The notes beneath the pieces are model-generated. The model was not told the origin of the DNA, did not search any database, and saw only the letters and a program-made list of their open reading frames with translations. Positions 30,136 to 35,969 of a DNA stretch of 35,969 bases are shown one piece after another; position 1 is the stretch's first letter; the number at the start of each line of letters is the position of its first letter. The stretch spans positions 1 to 35,969 of the forward strand of contig CAYYOU010000002.1 of assembly GCA_964473425.1 (NCBI GenBank), given 5' to 3'. Source of the stretch: an uncultured Candidatus Izemoplasmatales bacterium. GTDB taxonomy: Bacteria > Bacillota_I > Bacilli_A > Izemoplasmatales > Izemoplasmataceae. Made by a program: the position numbers and the translations under genes.

Positions 30136-32339
30136 TTTTCATTCATCTCTTTGTGCTTGTCTAAAATGAAACTAGCAATTTGAATTCCTTTTGTGCCTCT
30201 TCCAAAGCCTTGATCCATATGGTTCTTTCTTGCAATTTCAGGAGTTACTTGTGTTCCTCCGGTAATCAATATTAGTTTATCTCTAACACCTTTTTCAACT
30301 GCATAATTATGAAGCTTTTTCATGCTTTTGTAATGAATTCCATCATGAGATATTATTGTAGACATCATGATAACATTTGATTTTGTTTCTATCGCAGCAT
30401 CAATGAATTTTTCAATTGGAACACTAGTTTCTAAATACTCATACTTGATTCCATATTTTTCTACTCCACCGTGCTTAATGTCGAGTACTTCTCTGATTCC
30501 AACACTGTGTTCATCATTTCCAGCAGTACCAGCTACAACTTTTATTGGATTCTTTTTAACATAATCTAGTATTTCATCTTCTGAATGTAACTTAATAATT
30601 TCAGGGAGAACTAATTTATCTATTTCAATGTCAAAATCAAAAGTTCCTTTTATTTGAATCCTAGTTCCTTCACTAGGATGTAATATTTCTTTATGTATAA
30701 CTTCTACATCAATTAAATTCATTTTAGCACCAGTCTTAAGTGCTGCAGCTTCTGCAACTCTTTCATTTGCTGCAAAAAACAAATCTACTACTACAGTCCC
30801 ATCTCCAAGCCACTCAACTTCTGGTTTCAATAGATTTCCTGAACGATATTTTTCACTTTTATCAAGACGTAAATATACATTGTCTGTTTCGTCTAATTCA
30901 TCAATAAATTTAATCATCTCAGGTTTTTCAAACGTGCATCCACCAATCAATTTAGAAGGGTCTTCAACAAATTTTTCACTATATTGTGCAACATTGTTAT
31001 ACCCGTAGTGAGCAGTTACTGGTGCCATATAGTCTTTATCCCTTTTGATTACTGTTCCTGCTCCAACTCCACCATTTATGTCTCTGCTTATTCCATCACC
31101 ATTTCTTGCAGGATATTCTCCACTATCAACAAACATACCTGCTTCGACAGCTTTAAAGTATCCTCCCATTTCAATGATTTCTTCCATCATTAAGATAGAA
31201 CGCTCTTGAATTTCACGTTTTTTATCTCTTAAATATCCTACTTCTTTTAAACTAACCATAGACAATAAATCATCCATTCCAACCAAAGCTTGTTTAGCAG
31301 TATCTAGAGCTTCTATGTTATAAATATGCCAAGGAACATTTCTTCCTTCATCAGGAGTAATTGTACTTTGGATATCTGCACTTGTTAATCTAGATATTAG
31401 AAGATTTAAAACATGAGTTACTGTTGCTTCTCTTGTTGAAGATCCCATATATTTAGTATTCATCTGTGCTCTCATTTTATAATCGCTGAAGAATTCTCTT
31501 AAAGCTACTGCATAAGGTAAGTTCAATTTTAAATCTGGTGTCGGCGAAGCAGCAGGAGGTACTGTTGAAAGGCATATATTTTCTTTCAAGATTCCAACTT
31601 TTTCACTAAACATCGAATTAATTATATGCTGAACTAAAAGTTCAGGCATTACTTTCCAAGCATCTCTTGCTGTTGCATTTGCATTATGAGCTCCATCAAT
31701 TTGCGCCATTTGTGCATATGCCATAATTTTCTTGCTTTCAGCAGCATCAACGATACTTCTGATAGCATTTATATTTCTATAAAGGATGTTGTATTGAGGA
31801 TCTTGATGAGCCCCATTTACTCCTTCTTCTGTAAATAATACAGCTATTTCTGGACCAGCAACACCTGACACATAAGAATGATAATTAATTGGTCTTCCAA
31901 CCTCTTCTTCAATTATATCAAGAGCTTTTCTTTGTGCTCTTAGTTGCTTTCTTGTTACTGGAACCCCTCCAATTCCTTGAGGTGTTCCTTCAAGTAATCC
32001 ATCAAAATGAGACTGCCCAGCAGTCCTAATTACCATTATATGATCGGCTCCGTGGTAAGCAGCCATTCTCATTCTTCTAATATCATCTTCAAATCTTCCA
32101 GATGCTATTTCTGTAGTTATTACAGCGTCAGGTTGAGGATCAATATTTCCTAGACTTCTAGCACTAGGCAGAGGAACAAAGTTTTTAATTCCAGGACTTG
32201 CTTGCACATATGTGAATTCACCAATCTTTTGAGGTGATACATCTCTCCATATCCATCCACGGCGTTTTGGATGATAGTTCTCGATGTCTTTTAGTATTTC
32301 TCTAATGTCTAATTTAACATTGGGTTTTAGTTTATTCAT
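30132..32339 (-). CDS. oraE: D-ornithine 4,5-aminomutase, large (E/beta) subunit; AdoCbl and PLP dependent
   Basis: 735 aa. TIM-barrel part plus a C-terminal Rossmann B12 domain with the base-off DxHxxG motif (DEHSVG). It overlaps oraS by 8 nt. Confidence 0.88.
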   Translation of the reverse strand: MNKLKPNVKLDIREILKDIENYHPKRRGWIWRDVSPQKIGEFTYVQASPGIKNFVPLPSARSLGNIDPQPDAVITTEIASGRFEDDIRRMRMAAYHGADHIMVIRTAGQSHFDGLLEGTPQGIGGVPVTRKQLRAQRKALDIIEEEVGRPINYHSYVSGVAGPEIAVLFTEEGVNGAHQDPQYNILYRNINAIRSIVDAAESKKIMAYAQMAQIDGAHNANATARDAWKVMPELLVQHIINSMFSEKVGILKENICLSTVPPAASPTPDLKLNLPYAVALREFFSDYKMRAQMNTKYMGSSTREATVTHVLNLLISRLTSADIQSTITPDEGRNVPWHIYNIEALDTAKQALVGMDDLLSMVSLKEVGYLRDKKREIQERSILMMEEIIEMGGYFKAVEAGMFVDSGEYPARNGDGISRDINGGVGAGTVIKRDKDYMAPVTAHYGYNNVAQYSEKFVEDPSKLIGGCTFEKPEMIKFIDELDETDNVYLRLDKSEKYRSGNLLKPEVEWLGDGTVVVDLFFAANERVAEAAALKTGAKMNLIDVEVIHKEILHPSEGTRIQIKGTFDFDIEIDKLVLPEIIKLHSEDEILDYVKKNPIKVVAGTAGNDEHSVGIREVLDIKHGGVEKYGIKYEYLETSVPIEKFIDAAIETKSNVIMMSTIISHDGIHYKSMKKLHNYAVEKGVRDKLILITGGTQVTPEIARKNHMDQGFGRGTKGIQIASFILDKHKEMNEK

Positions 32340-32697
32340 TTTTATTAAAATATTCCAATAAGTATTGTATTTCTTCGCCGTTTACTATTAATTGTCCAGC
32401 ATCAAAGATGTCTATATTTTTGTGTTTAGACAGAATGTACACACAATGTCCGGTTCCTTTTCTTAGCAATTTATTTTCATCTAAAACATCAACAATCACC
32501 TTTGCATCCAAACTTGAAAATCCCATTCGTAAAAGCACACTTCTTTCAATAGATTTTGAAGTGTGATTATATGCTAAATCAAGTAGTGGATCCATCATCT
32601 TTTCAGATAGTTTTAAGAAATAGGCTTTTAGTTCTTTGTCGCTTAAGTCTTTTAGGTGTTCTCTTCTTACCTCAAAGTCATCAATTCTTTCTTTCAT
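32332..32697 (-). CDS. oraS: D-ornithine 4,5-aminomutase, small (S/alpha) subunit
   Basis: 121 aa, immediately upstream of and overlapping oraE. Size and position match OraS. Confidence 0.8.
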   Translation of the reverse strand: MKERIDDFEVRREHLKDLSDKELKAYFLKLSEKMMDPLLDLAYNHTSKSIERSVLLRMGFSSLDAKVIVDVLDENKLLRKGTGHCVYILSKHKNIDIFDAGQLIVNGEEIQYLLEYFNKNE

Positions 32698-32706
32698 AAC
32701 TACCTC

Positions 32707-34101
32707 CTATTTCATTAAGTTTTTTACTTTTTCAATATTAATTTTTAGCTCTTCAGCCAAAAACTGATAATCTTGTTCAGACAATTCTATTTCTTTATAT
32801 CTTTTTAAGTAAGTCTTTCTTAACTCGTTCATTTCAATATCTTGGTGTTTTAGAAGACTTCCATCACTTGGGAAAATTATTGTTTTACCTGGAACTTCAG
32901 ATAAAGGATTTCCAAATACAATTTCAACACCATTTTTTCTAGCAAATGATAATTGCGGTAAGATATGTTTCCCTGCTCCAGTATACTCAGTTTCTTGTAC
33001 TACAATGATATCTGTGTCTTTCATAGTTTGAGCAAGGCTAAACGCTGCAGCTAAACTCGTATTTCCTGCAGGTCCACGTTCCATTCCCTCTAAAATCGCT
33101 AACGTTTCAGTCATGAAGAATACACTTCCTTGATTCACCATAACGTATCTATCCATATATCTTAATGGTCTTGCGGCACTTCTAGGCACATCAGATCTAT
33201 CAGGAAAAACAGCAAAGGGTATTCCAAATCCAGTATGTCCTGTTGTGAATGATTTACGATTAAAATCAGTATCCGATGCCATATGAAGACCATACAAGTT
33301 TACACTTGCACCAATAACTAATGTATCAATAGCACCAGCATCTTTAAGTCCTCTTGCTGTACCAGTTAAATTTCCTCCTCCAGCATTTGTAACAATAACT
33401 GCTTCAGGGAATTTACCAGTTAATTCTTTTACTTCATTTGCTATTTCATGTCCTAAAGTTTCTATTCCTTTAATACCATATGGAGAATAAAGTGAAGCAT
33501 TAAAATAATTTGTTTCTTCAATTAGTTTTAAAAATGAGTAAAACAGTTCTGGACCAACGGATAATTGTACTACCTCAGCTCCATATGCTTCACATTTTCT
33601 AGCTTTTTCTAATATTTCAGGTTGGCTTACGTTTCTAGAATCAAAGCATTCCTGAACAATAATACATTTAAGTCCTTCTTTTGCAGCTAATGCTGCAACT
33701 GCAGCTCCATAATTACCACTAGTGGCAGCAATTACTCCTTTGTATCCTAATTTCTTAGCTTGATTAACTGAAAGCGCAGCTCTTCTAGCTTTAAATGAAC
33801 CACTAATATTAGCTGCTTCATCTTTTAAGAAAATTCTTGCGCCAAACCCTGGTTTGGCATATTTTATTGCATATTTAGTTATATTTTTTAGTTCAACTAA
33901 AGGTGTGTTTCCAACCATATTTTCAGATTGTATTTTTTTGATTTTTTCAATATCATATCCTTGATCATTCATCATTAATTCAAAATCAAATCCAATTCCT
34001 TCTAACTCATATTTAGAGTAATCAAGCCCAACTGATTTCTTCATAATCTCATTTTTTCTATCCATTAAACCTTGATATGTATTATTCATTATCATCACCA
34101 C
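32707..34101 (-). CDS. ortB: 2-amino-4-ketopentanoate thiolase, beta subunit (PLP-dependent, Trp-synthase-beta fold)
   Basis: PLP-lysine motif SGSFKARRA and a GGGN glycine loop. The start is ambiguous (GTG 34101, GTG 34098, ATG 34095, ATG 34089), and all candidates overlap the ortA 3' end. Confidence 0.85.
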   Translation of the reverse strand: MVMIMNNTYQGLMDRKNEIMKKSVGLDYSKYELEGIGFDFELMMNDQGYDIEKIKKIQSENMVGNTPLVELKNITKYAIKYAKPGFGARIFLKDEAANISGSFKARRAALSVNQAKKLGYKGVIAATSGNYGAAVAALAAKEGLKCIIVQECFDSRNVSQPEILEKARKCEAYGAEVVQLSVGPELFYSFLKLIEETNYFNASLYSPYGIKGIETLGHEIANEVKELTGKFPEAVIVTNAGGGNLTGTARGLKDAGAIDTLVIGASVNLYGLHMASDTDFNRKSFTTGHTGFGIPFAVFPDRSDVPRSAARPLRYMDRYVMVNQGSVFFMTETLAILEGMERGPAGNTSLAAAFSLAQTMKDTDIIVVQETEYTGAGKHILPQLSFARKNGVEIVFGNPLSEVPGKTIIFPSDGSLLKHQDIEMNELRKTYLKRYKEIELSEQDYQFLAEELKINIEKVKNLMK

Positions 34102-34384
34102 GGAAATCTTTATAGATGATTTCTCTTAACTTCAACATCTCAGGAATAAAATCGCCATATGAATGCTTATATGGTGGAGAGGCTTCTTTTAAACGACCAG
34201 TTTCAATTCTACCAGTACTTGTTCTTATATTGACGATATCAAATAAATCAGCGTCTTCAAGAAGATATCCTTTAACCCACATCTTAAATGGAACTTTCTT
34301 AGTATCCTCTGGCAAATTATTTGATCTTTCGTTAGGTTTTAATATTGTTCTTCTAATTCTTACATAAGTACCTTTATCAATCAT
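34082..34384 (-). CDS. ortA: 2-amino-4-ketopentanoate thiolase, alpha subunit
   Basis: 100 aa, directly upstream of and overlapping ortB. Size and context match OrtA. AAAGGA SD upstream. Confidence 0.8.
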   Translation of the reverse strand: MIDKGTYVRIRRTILKPNERSNNLPEDTKKVPFKMWVKGYLLEDADLFDIVNIRTSTGRIETGRLKEASPPYKHSYGDFIPEMLKLREIIYKDFRGDDNE

Positions 34385-34536
34385 GAAAATCAGTCCTTTC
34401 TAGATGTGATTATTCCTTCTATTGCGATATTACTTACAAATCCAATTGACAAAGTGAAGAAAGTCAAATCATAAAAAACTAAGTAAAATACTTTACTTTT
34501 TATTTTCTTTCTCTAAATCTTTTACAATCTCGTTGT

Positions 34537-34674
34537 CTATTTCTTTAACTTCTTGTCTCTCTTTTTACCTTTGACTTTGGATTCTTTTTCTTCAATCATT
34601 TTTTCGGGTATCTCAACCCTGTTTTTACCAGGTCTTGGTACAGGTACTTTCTTTGTTTTTGTATCAATATCCAT
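34537..34674 (-). CDS. Unannotated 45-codon lysine-rich small ORF between ord and ortA (hypothetical)
   Basis: My translation gives MDIDTKTKKVPVPRPGKNRVEIPEKMIEEKESKVKGKKRDKKLKK, ending in TAG. The ATG lies 8 nt after AGGAG and 23 nt after the ord stop. The ORF is below the track's apparent size cutoff, and there is no homology evidence. Confidence 0.35.
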   Translation of the reverse strand: MDIDTKTKKVPVPRPGKNRVEIPEKMIEEKESKVKGKKRDKKLKK

Positions 34675-34697
34675 GATATCAACTCCTAAGAATTTGT

Positions 34698-35744
34698 TTA
34701 TTCTTCGAGTAAGTCTCGCATATCTCCCATTATTGCTCTTGGTACTGGTAAATCAATCATTGTCTTTAATCCCGGTCTTGCATTTAGAACATGTGGAATC
34801 ATATTTACACATACTGCAATTGTTCCAATTCCTCCATCTATTTCTGGAGTAATCGCCATATGAATTTCAGGTGTTCCTTTAATATTAATATAATCACCTG
34901 TATGTGTGCCTTCTAACTCAGGTTCAATTTGTTGTGGATGTTTCATATCTATGAATACTTCTCCATTTATGAACCCTTGTCCTGTCATATTAACTCCAGC
35001 AACATTTCCTTTTAATGCTTCTCCGTACTTGCTTTTTCTGTCTACGTTAGTAACAATTGGAGCCATTTGTTGTTGAAATTTATCTAATTTAACACCGATT
35101 GCATCAGCGATCATATTTACACTTTCTACAAATCCAACATGTCCAGCAAGTGAAGAATCATTAACGCCTTTTATGAATTTATCAGCAGTTATTCCAACTC
35201 CTTGTTCCTCCATTACTGCAGGTCCAAATGGAGATAAACTATTTACTCTATTTGCTTCAATATGTGTAACATCTGTCATTGCACCAGTTAATGCGACTAC
35301 TAGTAAGTCCATTATAAATCCAGGATTAATACCAGTCCCAAGTACAGTAACATTATTATCTTTTGCAATTCTATCTAGTTCTTTAGCTAACTCTGGTTCT
35401 TGTGCTTTTGGATAAGCCATTTCTTCTGCAGTACTAATTACATTAATACCTTTTTCCAAAATCAATTTCATTTTATCAAATGCTTTTCTTGTGTAAGAAT
35501 CAGTTGCTAGTAAAACTAGATCACAATTCTCTTTAACTAATAATTCATTAATATTGCTACTAACTACTACGTCCGGATGATTGCCTTGATCACTTTCTAA
35601 AGCATTAAAAATACTTTTTCCAACTAGATCAGGATGCAGATCACAAACTCCTGTAATCTCTACTCCTTTTTTAGATAGCAACATGTCTGCCATACCCCTA
35701 CCCATAGCTCCGAATCCCCAAATTACAATTTTAATATTTTTCAT
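34698..35744 (-). CDS. ord: 2,4-diaminopentanoate dehydrogenase
   Basis: 348 aa. N-terminal Rossmann motif KIVIWGFGAMGRG (DapB-like N-domain). It is the first gene of the ornithine cluster, in the described order ord-ortA-ortB-oraS-oraE. Confidence 0.85.
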   Translation of the reverse strand: MKNIKIVIWGFGAMGRGMADMLLSKKGVEITGVCDLHPDLVGKSIFNALESDQGNHPDVVVSSNINELLVKENCDLVLLATDSYTRKAFDKMKLILEKGINVISTAEEMAYPKAQEPELAKELDRIAKDNNVTVLGTGINPGFIMDLLVVALTGAMTDVTHIEANRVNSLSPFGPAVMEEQGVGITADKFIKGVNDSSLAGHVGFVESVNMIADAIGVKLDKFQQQMAPIVTNVDRKSKYGEALKGNVAGVNMTGQGFINGEVFIDMKHPQQIEPELEGTHTGDYINIKGTPEIHMAITPEIDGGIGTIAVCVNMIPHVLNARPGLKTMIDLPVPRAIMGDMRDLLEE

Positions 35745-35778
35745 TTTTTACTCCTTCAATAATGTATTATATCACCAC

Positions 35779-35807
35779 AATATATCATATCATAAAAACC
35801 CTTTCAA
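35779..35807 (-). promoter_or_regulatory. Candidate sigma-A promoter of the ord operon
   Basis: The reverse strand reads TTGAAA (35802-35807), a 17-nt spacer, then TATATT (35779-35784). A second extended -10-like TGaTATAAT lies at 35766-35774. AAGGAG SD at 35751-35756. Confidence 0.4.
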
Positions 35808-35815
35808 TAAAATCA

Positions 35816-35839
35816 TTTTGTATATATTTATATACAAAA
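35816..35839. promoter_or_regulatory. 24-bp AT-rich palindrome upstream of the ord promoter (candidate operator)
   Basis: TTTTGTATATA-TT-TATATACAAAA has 11-bp perfect arms. It ends 8 nt upstream of the putative -35. Confidence 0.3.
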
Positions 35840-35886
35840 AATACAGTTAATTTATGAGTATATTGCTAACCAAAAATACTACTTCA

Positions 35887-35922
35887 GAAAAAAACTATCA
35901 CCCTAAGTGATAGCTTTTTTTT
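35887..35922. terminator. Rho-independent (bidirectional-looking) terminator upstream of the ord operon
   Basis: 7-bp stem CTATCAC / GTGATAG with a 5-nt loop, flanked by A7 and T8. On the minus strand it follows an open frame that ends ...FELGASQVK with TAA at 35938-35940. That frame is probably the 3' end of an upstream minus-strand gene entering from the window edge, but it is too short to call. Confidence 0.7.
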
Positions 35923-35969
35923 AGGAGGTACTCTCTTTTATTTTACTTGACTTGCACCTAATTCAAACG

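Noticed and set aside
34481-34498. AU-rich hairpin plus U-tract as a genuine intra-operon terminator
   Set aside because: The 7-bp stem has a single G-C pair and is probably too weak to be an efficient intrinsic terminator on its own. I kept it only as part of the sORF/attenuator hypothesis.
23505-35415. Antisense ORFs within the arc/ornithine genes (23505-23861, 25419-25796, 25806-25997, 30367-30564, 30984-31193, 34116-34367, 34553-34852, 35173-35415)
   Set aside because: Same reasoning: each is nested antisense in a gene with clear family motifs.
30132-35890. Looked for an adenosylcobalamin riboswitch, or other riboswitch, controlling the B12-dependent oraSE genes
   Set aside because: No intergenic space exists before oraS (9 nt). 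The gaps at 34385-34536 and 35745-35890 are AT-rich and lack anything resembling the conserved GC-rich B12 box or core.
35923-35969. AGGAGG on the plus strand after the terminator, as a possible start of a plus-strand gene
   Set aside because: No ATG, GTG or TTG lies at a workable distance. The minus-strand frame is the open one here (ending in TAA at 35938-35940), so this is more likely the tail of a minus-strand gene. It is too short to annotate.
1-35969. Searched by eye for CRISPR repeats, tandem repeats, tRNA/rRNA-like GC-rich blocks, IS/transposase/integrase/phage genes, toxin-antitoxin pairs and defence-system signatures
   Set aside because: None were found. All long ORFs are accounted for by housekeeping or catabolic families, and the few intergenic regions are short and explained by promoters, leaders and terminators.

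Overview
AT-rich bacterial chromosome segment that uses the standard genetic code (TGA is a stop, e.g. at 28774-28776). The r-protein sequences and operon layout look Firmicutes/Mollicutes-like, but I cannot assign a genus. Most of it is core housekeeping DNA on the minus strand. (1) 1-4378: the 5' part of an iron-type alcohol dehydrogenase gene (-), a translationally coupled tldD/pmbA protease pair (+), and a small GNAT gene (-). (2) 4371-8043: the ecfA1-ecfA2-ecfT-truA module, with the GNAT gene coupled to its end. (3) 8155-22466: an uninterrupted S10-spc-alpha ribosomal superoperon running rpsJ to rplQ, including secY, adk, map, infA, rpoA and an rpmJ gene missing from the ORF track. It has a predicted sigma-A promoter and a GC-rich structured leader. 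(4) 22839-23456: a Crp/Fnr-family regulator (+). (5) 23474-35744: a roughly 12.3 kb co-directional minus-strand array. It joins the cobalamin/PLP-dependent oxidative ornithine degradation cluster (ord-ortA-ortB-oraS-oraE-mutL-like-orr) to an alanine racemase and then the arginine deiminase pathway (arcA-arcB-arcC), with overlaps or gaps of 14 nt or less. I found no rRNA, tRNA, CRISPR, transposase, integrase, phage or recognisable defence genes, and no clear-cut novel system. The items most worth a second look are: the fused arginine-to-acetyl-CoA catabolic super-operon with no antiporter; an unannotated 45-codon Lys-rich sORF in the only large gap of that operon; a TruA with an N-terminal extra domain; an EcfT with an inserted hydrophobic segment; and the structured rpsJ leader. 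Several ORF-track starts were trimmed to SD-supported internal starts. All antisense ORFs inside r-protein and catabolic genes are treated as spurious.
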